Assembly (NCBI GenBank): GCA_964649615.1
Contig: CAZYPW010000001.1
Span: 33,557-97,556, forward strand
DNA from: an uncultured Gammaproteobacteria bacterium
GTDB taxonomy: Bacteria > Patescibacteriota > Microgenomatia > Daviesbacterales > UBA10151
Direction of reading: 5' to 3'
Length of the DNA stretch: 64,000 nt
Of this stretch, positions 28,355 through 38,195 are shown in pieces. The notes beneath the pieces are model-generated. The model made no database searches. It worked only from the letters and a program-made list of their open reading frames with translations, and was not told the origin of the DNA. The stretch's first letter is position 1. Every line of letters begins with the position of its first letter. Position numbers and translations under genes: made by a program.

Positions 28355-28623
28355 AAATACTTTCTTGTTAATTTTCTACTCGGATAAACTGTTTTCAAAA
28401 AAACTCTTTTTCTTTTTTTATCTATAATGTACGGTGCAACAAAAGCATATCCTCCGATATTTACAACTAAAAGTCTTTGGCCCCTGCGCCCTTTGCTTTT
28501 ATTTTCAAGATCAGTAAGTTTTTTTCCTTTTTTATAAGCCTGGATTACGTCTTGAAAGCTAACACTTCTGGTTTCTTTAAGAATTAAATCTTTTTCTTTA
28601 GAGAAATCAAATTTATGCTTCAC
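28351..28623 (-). CDS. BrnT-type (DUF497) ribonuclease toxin.
   Basis: FDFSKEKDLILKETRSVSFQDV...RLLVVNIGGYAFVAPYIIDKKRKRVFLKTVYPSRK. It overlaps BrnA by 4 nt. Confidence 0.6.
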   Translation of the reverse strand: MKHKFDFSKEKDLILKETRSVSFQDVIQAYKKGKKLTDLENKSKGRRGQRLLVVNIGGYAFVAPYIIDKKRKRVFLKTVYPSRKLTRKYL

Positions 28624-28662
28624 CTATATATTATACTCTTTGTACATACTTTGTCAATACAT

Positions 28663-28740
28663 AAAATGAAGCTAAGTTCGAATAAGCAAATCTTGCGATC
28701 CTTCGGATCTAAAGAACTATCTGGCTCCCCTGAGTTGGAG
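28663..28740. repeat. attL-like direct repeat: a partial copy of the tRNA-Asn 3' end (GGGGAGCCA) plus ~45 nt of its downstream flank, with a 27-nt hairpin insertion.
   Basis: AAAATGAAGCTAAGTTCGAATAAG...AACTATCTGGCTCCC matches 39003-39042. Confidence 0.7.
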
Positions 28741-28834
28741 CGCTTAGGACTAGCACTATTAGAATCAGAGGATGAATTCGAGCCTATCTTTATTTAATGT
28801 ATATTAACCTGGCTAGTACTTTTTATTTATAGGC

Positions 28835-30319
28835 ATGTTATTGTATTATTTGACAAACATGACAACCCAACTCCCTTTAATAGGCCAAAATTATGAGTCT
28901 GAAAATATTGAGAACAAAACTGTCGCTGAAGGTGAGGTACCACAGGATTTATGGGAACCAATATCTGCATTCAGTAATGCTGATGGTGGCCACATACGGC
29001 TAGGGGTTGATGGTAGTGGAAATAGGATTGGCGTTCCTCAGGAAAAAATCGAAAAACTACAAACGGATGTTATTACCTTATGTAGTTCAGGATTTAATCA
29101 TAGATTATACCCGGATTTAACTGTAGATCAGGATAATGTAATAAATGTGTACATTCCTCCCGCACCTGCTTCACTAAGACCAATATATTCAACTAGTCGA
29201 GGCGTTCCAAGAGGTGGTCGGGTTCGTGTTGGCCCTTCAAATGTTCAACTGGATGATGAATGGTTACGTCGTTTTGCTATTCAGGCTAGTGGTGGAGCAG
29301 AGTTACTAGTGTTCCCTGGAGACTATGAACAACATTTGGACACAAGTGCAATAAACAGATATTTAGAAGCTGTGAGAAAAAAGCGAGGGAACGTATATGT
29401 AAACTTATCTATTCAGGAAATTCTTTTAAAACTTAGGGCTATTACACCCGAAGGCATGGTTACTTTATTTGGCTTACTAGCTTTTAGCACACCGACCGCC
29501 TTACAAGAATTAACAGCCCCAACTGTCAATGTTGCAGTTACACAATATGCGGGCACAAATAAAGTAAATCCTAATGATATTGCGGAGGTTAGCTTAGATG
29601 ATAAAGAGTTTTCTGGAAATGTAGTTTCTCAATTTGAGAACGCTTTAAAATTTATATCATCTAAATTACCTACAAGAAGCAGGATAGATCCAGAAGGAAA
29701 AAGACAAGATTACCTTGCTATTCCCACATTAGCTCTTCGTGAAACTCTAGCTAATGCTCTTGTTCACAGAGATTATACTTCTACTGGAGGCAGGGTTCAG
29801 ATCGATTTATATACAGATCGTATTGAGTTTGCTAATCCGGGGAGAAGCTTAATACCCCTTGAGTTACTTGAGACGGCACATCCCCAGACACGTAATCCCC
29901 TCCTTATGAGCTATCTAAGAGATTTAGATATCACTGAACACAGAGGAAGAGGCATTAGAACCATTAAAACCTCGCTTAAATCAGCAGGGCTTGCAGAGCC
30001 AACATTTATCCATAAGCATGATTGGTTTGTGGCAACAATTTTCAGCTCCGCTTTCATTAAAGACGCTGATCAAATATGGTTACAACAATTCCAAGATCAG
30101 AAGTTAAGCGAACATCAATTAAATGCCCTCGTTCATGTTAAACATAACCCAAGTGGAATCAGCAATTCTGAATACAGAAACCTAAACAATATGACAAACG
30201 TCAGAGACGACATCAGGGCTAAAAAGGAATTAGCTAAGTTAACAAAACTTGGGTTATTCAACAAGGTAGGAGAAAATCGTTATCGTCGATACATACTAAA
30301 CCCAGAATTAACAGAATAA
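28835..30319 (+). CDS. Schlafen/AlbA_2 domain plus HATPase_c_4 (RecG-C-terminal-like) putative DNA-binding regulator.
   Basis: N-terminal WEPISAFSNADGGHIRLGV (AlbA_2). C-terminal ETLANALVHRDYTSTGGRVQIDLYTDRIEFANPG (HATPase_c_4-like). Confidence 0.55.
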   Translation: MLLYYLTNMTTQLPLIGQNYESENIENKTVAEGEVPQDLWEPISAFSNADGGHIRLGVDGSGNRIGVPQEKIEKLQTDVITLCSSGFNHRLYPDLTVDQDNVINVYIPPAPASLRPIYSTSRGVPRGGRVRVGPSNVQLDDEWLRRFAIQASGGAELLVFPGDYEQHLDTSAINRYLEAVRKKRGNVYVNLSIQEILLKLRAITPEGMVTLFGLLAFSTPTALQELTAPTVNVAVTQYAGTNKVNPNDIAEVSLDDKEFSGNVVSQFENALKFISSKLPTRSRIDPEGKRQDYLAIPTLALRETLANALVHRDYTSTGGRVQIDLYTDRIEFANPGRSLIPLELLETAHPQTRNPLLMSYLRDLDITEHRGRGIRTIKTSLKSAGLAEPTFIHKHDWFVATIFSSAFIKDADQIWLQQFQDQKLSEHQLNALVHVKHNPSGISNSEYRNLNNMTNVRDDIRAKKELAKLTKLGLFNKVGENRYRRYILNPELTE

Positions 30320-30425
30320 TTCTATCGACCTTTCTATCGACCCCCTCCTTATATGTGAAGAGCCGCCAAATGCGCTACAACGCCTTTTAGCCTTCTATCG
30401 ACCTTTCTATCGACTTTCTATCGAC
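30320..30425. repeat. Five copies of the 10-mer TTCTATCGAC in direct orientation (iteron-like).
   Basis: Copies at 30320, 30332, 30393, 30405 and 30416. Confidence 0.8.
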
Positions 30426-30555
30426 CATATTAACGAAGTTTAAGTGGTTACGGTTCATTACTCATTGCACACCCCAGAGTGTGGTAGGTAGACACCCTCT
30501 TTACAGCAAAAAGTGTTGTAAAAGTTTAATTTTAAGAGTAATATGATAAAAATCA

Positions 30556-30810
30556 ATGAAAAAATTACTTATTAACTTACTTCTTGGAATCTTTGTTTTC
30601 TCTATCCTTACCCCAATCAGCGTGGAGGCTGCTTCCAGAGTTAAAGGTTATACCAAGAAAAACGGCGCTTATGTTGCGCCCCACTACAGAAGCTCCCCTA
30701 ATAAATCAAAATTTGATAACTTCAGTACCAAAGGTAACTATAATCCATATACTGGTAAAAAGGGTACAGTAAATCCTTATAAATTCACACCCAAAAAATA
30801 CAAACGGTAG
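30556..30810 (+). CDS. Small secreted protein (signal peptide; Lys/Tyr/Pro-rich).
   Basis: MKKLLINLLLGIFVFSILTPISVEAAS signal peptide. Confidence 0.4.
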   Translation: MKKLLINLLLGIFVFSILTPISVEAASRVKGYTKKNGAYVAPHYRSSPNKSKFDNFSTKGNYNPYTGKKGTVNPYKFTPKKYKR

Positions 30811-30884
30811 TTGCTCCCCCGCGTGGATAATACACCCTCTGCTTCGCAGAGCCGAACAGCTAGCTTCTTACGAAGCGGCGCAGA

Positions 30885-32456
30885 TCAAACCACAGTTGAG
30901 GAAAAATTTTGACTTTTTGACGCAAGATCAAACGTCAAAATTTGCTCCCTTTGTAGGGAATTACCCGAATGAATAACAGGCTCATTTTTGGAAGGTTTCT
31001 TCAATATATCTTTCACTTCTGGTGATAGAATGGCATTTACAATCTTGCCTTTTTTAACTAAGAATCTTTCCCAGAATAAACCAAGGTAAAATCTTTTAAG
31101 CACTGGTTCTGCGTCCTCATAAGCCTGTCCTATATCTTGAGCTAGAGCTAATAGGCGTTGCACCACCTTTAATGACCTTTCATGGTTAGCTGTAACTTGA
31201 TTGAGTTGGTTTTTAATGCCTTTCAGATCAGCTTCATAACGAGGGTATATTCTTTGAAAACCTTCTGCGCTTAGAGTTTTGTGAATTAACCAGTTGTCCT
31301 CTGCTTCCCTCATAGCTGCCTCAATCTTTGACTGGCGGTTAATAAGAGTTTGAGATTCATTATCACTATTTTGTCTAAAATCTTCCAGGATATGCTTAGC
31401 TCTTTCTACCAGATCCTTAGCATAAGACTCACTAATTTGGATAGCATGAAACCAATCCTGTACTTCCTTCTCAAGGTCAGCTACTGTAACATAACTGCCC
31501 TTGCTACAGGTCTTACAATAATAATGTTCAAATATAAGACCATTCTTTTTAACATGCTTATCAGCCCAAAGCCTCCTATTACAAATAGCACAAAAGACAA
31601 AACCTCTTAAAAGGTAATTATGAACCCTTTGTCTGGAAGCATTTTGATTATGGGCAGTCATTACCTCTTGGCATAAATTAAAGGTTGCTTCATCTATTAG
31701 TGGGACATGCTCACCTCTATAAATTACCCCCTTCCAAGGCACTTTTCCAATATAAAGTGGGTCTCTAAGACAATACGCTAAAAGGCTGACTCCAACCTGA
31801 CCTCCTGTAGTTGATCTTAGCCCTAGTTCATAAAGGTGGTTTGACAATGCTTGTACAGAAAAGTTGCCAGTAGAATAGAGTTTGAAGGCTTGAGTCAAAT
31901 AAGTTCCTTTATCTGGGTCTACGCCAATAATCCTTTGGTCAAACTTGCTGATAGGTTTTTCGTTGAATACATTGATATAACCAATTTTGGGTTTACCAGG
32001 ATAGTAACCAGCCTTAGCTTTTTCCTCCATCACCTTTGATACTTTTCTGCCTGTAATTTGAGATTGGAAAGCATTAACGCCTGCAAGAATCGTATCAATC
32101 AAATTACCTTCTGCACTATCATCAATCATCAATTGGTTTATTGAGATAAGTTGAGTATTAGCCTTTTTCAAAAGAGCCTTAATAGTAAGATGATCTAGGG
32201 TATCACGGGCTAATCTATCCGTATCTAAAACCAAAATATAGTCTACATCGCCATCCTGAACCCTCCCTAGCATGTCTTTTAGACCAGCTCTGTTCATATT
32301 AGTGGCTGACTTACCTTCATCTTTATAAACCCCTATGATGGTCGTATCGTTATCTTCCGCCCATCTTCTGCATCTGTTTATTTGGGTATCAATAGAAAGA
32401 CCCTCTTCGGCCTGCTCATCAGTGGATACTCGTGAGTAAATTAAGGCTTTTTTCAT
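30885..32456 (-). CDS. Large serine recombinase (resolvase catalytic domain, recombinase domain, zinc ribbon).
   Basis: ALIYSRVSTDEQ...YILVLDTDRLARD catalytic domain. C-terminal CAICNRRLW...HYYCKTC. Confidence 0.85.
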   Translation of the reverse strand: MKKALIYSRVSTDEQAEEGLSIDTQINRCRRWAEDNDTTIIGVYKDEGKSATNMNRAGLKDMLGRVQDGDVDYILVLDTDRLARDTLDHLTIKALLKKANTQLISINQLMIDDSAEGNLIDTILAGVNAFQSQITGRKVSKVMEEKAKAGYYPGKPKIGYINVFNEKPISKFDQRIIGVDPDKGTYLTQAFKLYSTGNFSVQALSNHLYELGLRSTTGGQVGVSLLAYCLRDPLYIGKVPWKGVIYRGEHVPLIDEATFNLCQEVMTAHNQNASRQRVHNYLLRGFVFCAICNRRLWADKHVKKNGLIFEHYYCKTCSKGSYVTVADLEKEVQDWFHAIQISESYAKDLVERAKHILEDFRQNSDNESQTLINRQSKIEAAMREAEDNWLIHKTLSAEGFQRIYPRYEADLKGIKNQLNQVTANHERSLKVVQRLLALAQDIGQAYEDAEPVLKRFYLGLFWERFLVKKGKIVNAILSPEVKDILKKPSKNEPVIHSGNSLQREQILTFDLASKSQNFSSTVV

Positions 32457-32632
32457 ATCCCACCTTTCTTTATAAGATCAAGTAGCTGGTTCTCCTCGTA
32501 TCTGCGGTGCTTTCCGCTGCCGATTCTTATTGCTTTCAATCTACCACTTTTGTCCCAACGCCTAAGGGTTAGAGGTGTTACTCCAAGTAGTTGAGCTGCC
32601 TGTTTAATGTTTAAAAGTTTATAATCAGTCAT
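32453..32632 (-). CDS. Small MerR/excisionase-type HTH protein (59 aa), translationally coupled to the recombinase (ATGA overlap). Not in the ORF track.
   Basis: MTDYKLLNIKQAAQLLGVTPLTLRRWDKSGRLKAIRIGSGKHRRY. Confidence 0.55.
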   Translation of the reverse strand: MTDYKLLNIKQAAQLLGVTPLTLRRWDKSGRLKAIRIGSGKHRRYEENQLLDLIKKGGI

Positions 32633-32891
32633 CTTAATCTACCTTAATCAATATTTATCATTGGTGTCAAGATACCAAAGTATCTAACATCAGAGTATTT
32701 AATGTGTTCAAAATGTGTAGTTTGATTCGTCTCATATTTATTCTTATATATTGTCATTTAAATCTTTAACACCAAGGGCGGATGGCGGTAATAATTTACT
32801 TTGTACAAGTAAGATAGTTGCTAATCTTTTAGCAAAAAGGTCTTTCCTACCATGGTCTGGTGTTTTACCAGAAGTTGCAGCAGGAATCCTC

Positions 32892-34085
32892 TTACTTTTC
32901 ATCTTCGGCAACCCCTTCCGCTTTGTCCTCTACTTCCTGATCTATAAGTATATAGAGCTTTTTATTGCCTTGAACTACATAATCTATCTTCCTTAATTCT
33001 AGAAGCTCTCTTGCGGCGTTTTTGACTGTCGTAGACCCATACTTACCAGTTGGTGTTAATTTTTGGATTATTTCTGTTTGGCTCTGAATACCTGATTCTA
33101 AAAGAGATAAGATATCCTCTTTAGCCTGATCAACTTTTTCTACCTCAGACTCAAGGAAATCTAAAAACTTGAAGCCTGTATCGCCATCTGTAAAAGTGGG
33201 AAATTTAACCAAAAAGGATTCTATCGGCTTATCTGATCTTAAAGCGGCCTGGGTGATTTTGAGTGTTAGATCATCTTTTCTTTCAACGATTAAAAGGCAA
33301 TCTAGCATGGCCAAGATGTCACTTGAGCCTCTTAACTTATCTCCAGCTTCCCTCTTAAAAAATCCTTCCTTTCCATGGTGATGAATGAATATTATGCTGA
33401 CACCCAACTCAAGCAATATCTTAAATCTATATTGAACTTCGGCAATTACCTGTGAGCTATTCTCTTCCCCCTTAAAAATGCGTCTAAAACTGTCAACGAT
33501 GATTACCTTTATATTTTTATCTTGAATAATTTTGATAACTTCATTCATAAATCTATCTGTGTCTAGAAATAATTTGGTATCCGTACAGAAATAAATGGGT
33601 AATGTTTGATTATCAGTAAGTAGTTTAATCCTCTCTTGAATCAGTTTTTGAGGGTCTTCTTTACTGATAAACAAAACTGCGCTTTGTTGAGTTTCAAATT
33701 CATCCAAAAACTTTGCTCCTAATGCTAAACAGATCGCCAAATAGAGTGCCCAGAAACTCTTACCAACTTTTGGTTTTCCAGATATACAGGTAATTCCGTT
33801 GTCTGGTACTAAACGATCAACGATCCATTTATTGGGAGGGAAATCTTTTTGCCTAAGTTCCTCTAGAGAAACTACATCCAGGGTGGGAGTATTATTGGTC
33901 AATGGGTCATTACTATATATACTCTGACTTGTTGACTGGGACGGATCAGCTTCAACAGGTAGCTGGGCAGAACCATTTGTTGAATTAGATGTAGGTTGGT
34001 CTTCTTTCTCCTGCTCTGATAAATAGTGACTTAGTTCGTCAATTTCTTTATTACTAAGTTGTTCCTCATCCATATCAGCCTCCAT
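32892..34085 (-). CDS. AAA_25/RecA-like (RepA/DnaB-like) replication ATPase with an acidic N-terminal region.
   Basis: ISGKPKVGKSFWALYLAICLALG...VIIVDSF...SIIFIHHHGKEG. Confidence 0.6.
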   Translation of the reverse strand: MEADMDEEQLSNKEIDELSHYLSEQEKEDQPTSNSTNGSAQLPVEADPSQSTSQSIYSNDPLTNNTPTLDVVSLEELRQKDFPPNKWIVDRLVPDNGITCISGKPKVGKSFWALYLAICLALGAKFLDEFETQQSAVLFISKEDPQKLIQERIKLLTDNQTLPIYFCTDTKLFLDTDRFMNEVIKIIQDKNIKVIIVDSFRRIFKGEENSSQVIAEVQYRFKILLELGVSIIFIHHHGKEGFFKREAGDKLRGSSDILAMLDCLLIVERKDDLTLKITQAALRSDKPIESFLVKFPTFTDGDTGFKFLDFLESEVEKVDQAKEDILSLLESGIQSQTEIIQKLTPTGKYGSTTVKNAARELLELRKIDYVVQGNKKLYILIDQEVEDKAEGVAEDEK

Positions 34086-34317
34086 ATATCCTGCTTTTTA
34101 GAAATCTTTGAGCTTCCCAAAATGAATTAGGTTCAACCTTTAAAGTCCGTTGCCAAAACAGCTCTATAATTTGTTGGAGTTCTTTTGTTTGAGGGAATAT
34201 AAAAATGGATTTACCCTCTGGAGTTTTCTCAATAGAATCAAGTGAAATACCTAAACTAATTAAAGTAGCTGCGACAGGTAACGAAACAGTTTCATAGTAA
34301 GTCTCATTTTTATTCAT
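34075..34317 (-). CDS. Hypothetical small protein.
   Basis: ORF only; overlaps the RepA-like gene start by 11 nt. Confidence 0.3.
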   Translation of the reverse strand: MNKNETYYETVSLPVAATLISLGISLDSIEKTPEGKSIFIFPQTKELQQIIELFWQRTLKVEPNSFWEAQRFLKSRIYGG

Positions 34318-34419
34318 GATCTAATTTTCGATCTTTTAGAGGGGGATGAATATGGAATAATTTTAGATTTTGAGGCTAATTTATAAGCAAAAAGGGGATA
34401 TTAGGGGAAAAGATAATTC

Positions 34420-35253
34420 CTATGTCCTAGTGACTTCACAATCTAACATATAACCACTAGGGGTAGTAGTTATGCTCTCACTCCCAAGTTTACGCTTTAT
34501 TGCCTTAATTGCATCCTTAACTCTATCTTTGGGTGATGAGCTGTCAGCATGTTGTCTTAATGTTTTAAGACAAGCAACAAGCTCTCCTGAAAGATATGGG
34601 GTTTTAGGATTAGCAGCTAGGTGCGTTATTAAATTATATTCAGTTGTATCTCTACGAAATTGGGCTGTTGTCTCTTTGCCCTCCTTTGAAGTAAATCTAA
34701 ACTCCCCTGTACGCAAGTTTATTGTCAATTTGGGAAAATTATTAGATGATGCTTCATTAAACTTTTTAGCTTGTACCCCAGTCTCCTTTATAAATTTTTG
34801 ATCTTCATTCTTAATGGTTAGTCTATAATCTTCACATGCTTCCAAGGCTTTTTTTAAAATGATTACCTCTTGACTTGATAAAGAAACCTTTGGTTCTCCA
34901 TTTTTGATATAAATTTCTTCTACTTGTGAGGCAAATTTCACCACCCTAGGTCTAATATCTTGTTCCCAAACATCACCACTTTCCTCACTAATTGAGCCTT
35001 CTAGGTTCTCTACAGGTCTTAAGTAATCATTAACAAGTTTTATTAATTCAGAATCTTTTGAGAACTCATTCTTTATATACCCTAGTAAGTCCTCTATTAA
35101 AATACATAGGTGTAAATAGCTTTTGTTCAGTATGGGTGAAGCTACAACAATAAACTCTCCTGATTCAAATTGGGTTTTTAGAAGGTAGATCAGTATCTGA
35201 TAGTATTCTTTGAGCCGATATAGAGCATCATCTTTATTCATTTTTATTTTCAT
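34420..35253 (-). CDS. Protein with a C-terminal OmpR/PhoB-type winged-helix DNA-binding domain (no receiver domain).
   Basis: C-terminal ...TEYNLITHLAANPKTPYLSGELV...RVKDAIKAIKRKLG...TTTPSGYMLD. Confidence 0.45.
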   Translation of the reverse strand: MKIKMNKDDALYRLKEYYQILIYLLKTQFESGEFIVVASPILNKSYLHLCILIEDLLGYIKNEFSKDSELIKLVNDYLRPVENLEGSISEESGDVWEQDIRPRVVKFASQVEEIYIKNGEPKVSLSSQEVIILKKALEACEDYRLTIKNEDQKFIKETGVQAKKFNEASSNNFPKLTINLRTGEFRFTSKEGKETTAQFRRDTTEYNLITHLAANPKTPYLSGELVACLKTLRQHADSSSPKDRVKDAIKAIKRKLGSESITTTPSGYMLDCEVTRT

Positions 35254-35529
35254 TCTTATATTTAGGCCTAATTCTACAATAGAATAAAAAATTAGGTTGT
35301 GTAAGCAGAAGTTCTACTATTTTGGCTTATAAATAAGAAAAAAAATAACATTTATATAATAGTTTAGCTATAAATATATGTTTTATTGATACTAAAAATA
35401 TGTACACTTAACATCTTTGATAAGCTCAAAGATATACTTACTTTGTAAACTATTTATGAAAATTCTCACAGTGTAGCAAAGAGTGTTATGGCAACTATTT
35501 CAAGGGTGAATTTCCATCTGTACCACCCC

Positions 35530-35994
35530 CTAAAAGGCGAATCCCAATTGTTCTGATGCCCAAAGAAACCCTAAAATTCCGCCAAAAATTAAAAAGGATA
35601 AAGCCATCTTATCATTACTTCGCAAACCTTCTTTCCCAAAAAATAGTTCCACCACAAATACGGGAACAAGCATTGTAACAACTCCAAACCAAAAAAATAC
35701 AAAAGACAAGACAAAAGCAGCAATATTTCCTATCGGAAAGGTGCTATTAATCAAAGACCTCTCTTCTCGAAAAATGTACCAATTTATTATTATTCCACCC
35801 ACTAAGGCCATAATTAAAGATGCTTTAAAAAGTATTTTTGTAGAATTAAGTTGTTGCTCCTTAATTTTAACTTCTGTCGCTTCACCCACATTATGAGTAT
35901 GCTTAGTAAAATTATCAGTTGTAATTATCCTATTTGCTTTATATCTAAAAGAAGGATTAATGATTCGTTTATTCATATAGATATGTCGTAGCAA
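35530..35994 (-). CDS. Hypothetical membrane protein (3-4 TM helices).
   Basis: Hydrophobic ORF. Confidence 0.4.
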   Translation of the reverse strand: MLRHIYMNKRIINPSFRYKANRIITTDNFTKHTHNVGEATEVKIKEQQLNSTKILFKASLIMALVGGIIINWYIFREERSLINSTFPIGNIAAFVLSFVFFWFGVVTMLVPVFVVELFFGKEGLRSNDKMALSFLIFGGILGFLWASEQLGFAF

Positions 35995-36114
35995 CTACCT
36001 GCCAGTTTATTCTCTGCTAGATTATCTTGATAATATACTCTAAGTCATTCAAAAAGCAAGATATATCTAGTAAAGATTTCTCTAGCAATCTACTAAGTTA
36101 GTAGGTGGATTGCT

Positions 36115-36327
36115 ATGAACTATAATTTTCTTTATAAAAATCTTGCTGGAAATATAGAAAAACTAAGAAAAGAGAAGGGAATGACGCAAGAGAAATTGGC
36201 GGAAAAGGCTGGATTGCATAGAGCCTACTTTTGGGATATTGAAAATGGCAGGAATATATCAATCAAAACTGCTTATAAAATCGCCCATGCTCTCGGAGTA
36301 AAGCTATCAGAGCTGTTTAATTTTTAA
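36115..36327 (+). CDS. XRE-family HTH transcriptional regulator.
   Basis: LRKEKGMTQEKLAEKAGLHRAYFWDIENGRNISIKTAYKIAHALGVKLSELF. Confidence 0.8.
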   Translation: MNYNFLYKNLAGNIEKLRKEKGMTQEKLAEKAGLHRAYFWDIENGRNISIKTAYKIAHALGVKLSELFNF

Positions 36328-36379
36328 CCTTCACCCCCTGCTGGATCGGTAATTTTCTCTCTGTTATACTCGCAGTAAT

Positions 36380-37501
36380 ATGATTAGGAATTTTAAACCT
36401 AATAAAAATCCTCCTCTTTCTGGATTGGATCGTATTAGGGCATATAACCAAAATCAAAAAATTTGGGAATATCTCAAGCGGTATCAAAGTAATAGTTTTG
36501 TTCAGAAAAAGTTGAGGAGAGAGATAACTAGAAATAGAGGACAAATAAATTTAAAAGCAGCCCAAATATCCTCTTTAATGGTTCAGAGCGAAAAATACTA
36601 TGAAGCAGCTGTTAATGCACCTTTAGAAATTAAGCCCCTTATTCTGTATTACGGAATGGTGGGATTGTCCAAATCTCTTATTCTTTCTGGAGATAATACC
36701 TACACTCTATCAGCACTAGCACCTGATAATAGAGATCATTCAACTCATGGATTAAAGTTTGGTACTCAAAACCCCAATGATATATCTATTAGAGATGGAA
36801 AAAGAATATCAAATGAGTTTTGTTATGCAGCAACTTCACCAACAAGAATCGGATTATACAATTTATTAAGAGCTTGTTACTCAAATACTCCTATACCAAA
36901 TGATACTCGTGTTGCTATACAGGACTTACTTTCCCTCGTACCTGAAATTTATAAAGAATATCGTGCTTACTTTAAGCAAAAACCTCGCTCTTGGGGAGCT
37001 GATGCTCATTTTGGGGTAAATAATATTAACGATACAATACAGTTGATAGTATTTGAGGATTGGTACTACCATACTCAACAAATTAACAGAAGAGAAAGAT
37101 ACCCAAATAGTATTCTAAGAAATTTCCCAGAGCTTAGTACGCTTTATACAAGAGAACCAAACTCAGATGATAAGTTCAGACTTAATAATAATGCGGTAAG
37201 CATTGATGACTATATTTATGTTAGTCAGCTTATGACTTTAGAATCTTTTGCACTTAAAAGATTAAATGGTTTTAGTGTGTCAGACATAGATATACACTTT
37301 ATTTTAATGTATATCCTAAGTAATTTAGTACGTTATAGACAAGACAAGTGGTCAAGGCTTATCAGAAGATTAGATAATGATGAAATGTTTTTAATTGAAA
37401 GTTTTATTGAAATATCTTCCGTTAAATTTCCTTATGTAATTTTAAGAGAACTAGATAATATTGATTATGTTTTTACAGGACAGGTTGCTACCTGGAGCTG
37501 A
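36380..37501 (+). CDS. YaaC-like protein (function unknown).
   Basis: The region YYEAAVNAPLEIKPLILYYGMVGLSKSLIL resembles the conserved core of B. subtilis YaaC as I recall it. Confidence 0.5.
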   Translation: MIRNFKPNKNPPLSGLDRIRAYNQNQKIWEYLKRYQSNSFVQKKLRREITRNRGQINLKAAQISSLMVQSEKYYEAAVNAPLEIKPLILYYGMVGLSKSLILSGDNTYTLSALAPDNRDHSTHGLKFGTQNPNDISIRDGKRISNEFCYAATSPTRIGLYNLLRACYSNTPIPNDTRVAIQDLLSLVPEIYKEYRAYFKQKPRSWGADAHFGVNNINDTIQLIVFEDWYYHTQQINRRERYPNSILRNFPELSTLYTREPNSDDKFRLNNNAVSIDDYIYVSQLMTLESFALKRLNGFSVSDIDIHFILMYILSNLVRYRQDKWSRLIRRLDNDEMFLIESFIEISSVKFPYVILRELDNIDYVFTGQVATWS

Positions 37502-37505
37502 TCCG

Positions 37506-38174
37506 ATGAAGGATGAAAATATACTTAGAATTAAATTTAATGGTAGAAGTTTAATTAAGCTGATAAGGTCAGCCAAAGGAAGGGACTTTTTATTATCCAC
37601 ACCTACTATCAAAAATAAGGGGTATTTTGTGAGTAACCATTTTACATTACATACACCAAATAGTAGATTAACCTGGAAAATTACTAAAGTTAAGGAAGGC
37701 GATCAAGACGCTTTAAAATCAATGCTTTATTTAGTAAAAGATCACCCAGTTTATAAAAAGAAGGTAACATACCACGCAGATGGAGTAACTCCAAAAGACT
37801 TAGATATGTATGAGGGAAAAATATTGGACTTGAGTAATCCATCAGAATTTCAATTTGGAACAACTGTAGCTTTAAATATGGAGAATACTTCAATTGATGA
37901 ATACTTTGATCCAGCAAAGACGAAGGATAGAGAGTTTAAGTGGCTCAAAGACATTGTCATACCAAAAGTTTTCAAAGACAAAGTCACAATCAGATGGTTC
38001 ATATCTAAAAACTTTCAAGGGAGGATCACAGAGTTTGTAAAGGGGTATAAAGAACCAATAGATGATTATTTTTTGATTCGGGAACTAAACAGCACAGGGG
38101 AAGAATATACCTTCTTATTTATCATTATCTATGGTTTTCCTGAATTAAAGGATAAGGATAAAAAAACCTATTAG
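37506..38174 (+). CDS. Hypothetical protein, operonic with the YaaC-like gene (4-nt gap).
   Basis: ORF only. The start is assigned to the ATG at 37506 rather than the overlapping upstream start. Confidence 0.4.
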   Translation: MKDENILRIKFNGRSLIKLIRSAKGRDFLLSTPTIKNKGYFVSNHFTLHTPNSRLTWKITKVKEGDQDALKSMLYLVKDHPVYKKKVTYHADGVTPKDLDMYEGKILDLSNPSEFQFGTTVALNMENTSIDEYFDPAKTKDREFKWLKDIVIPKVFKDKVTIRWFISKNFQGRITEFVKGYKEPIDDYFLIRELNSTGEEYTFLFIIIYGFPELKDKDKKTY

Positions 38175-38195
38175 AAAACTTTAACTTGTAAATCT

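Noticed and set aside
30320-30425. TTCTATCGAC tandem repeats as a possible CRISPR array.
   Set aside because: The units are only 10 nt with irregular 2-50-nt spacers. There are no cas genes. Iterons or binding sites are a better interpretation.
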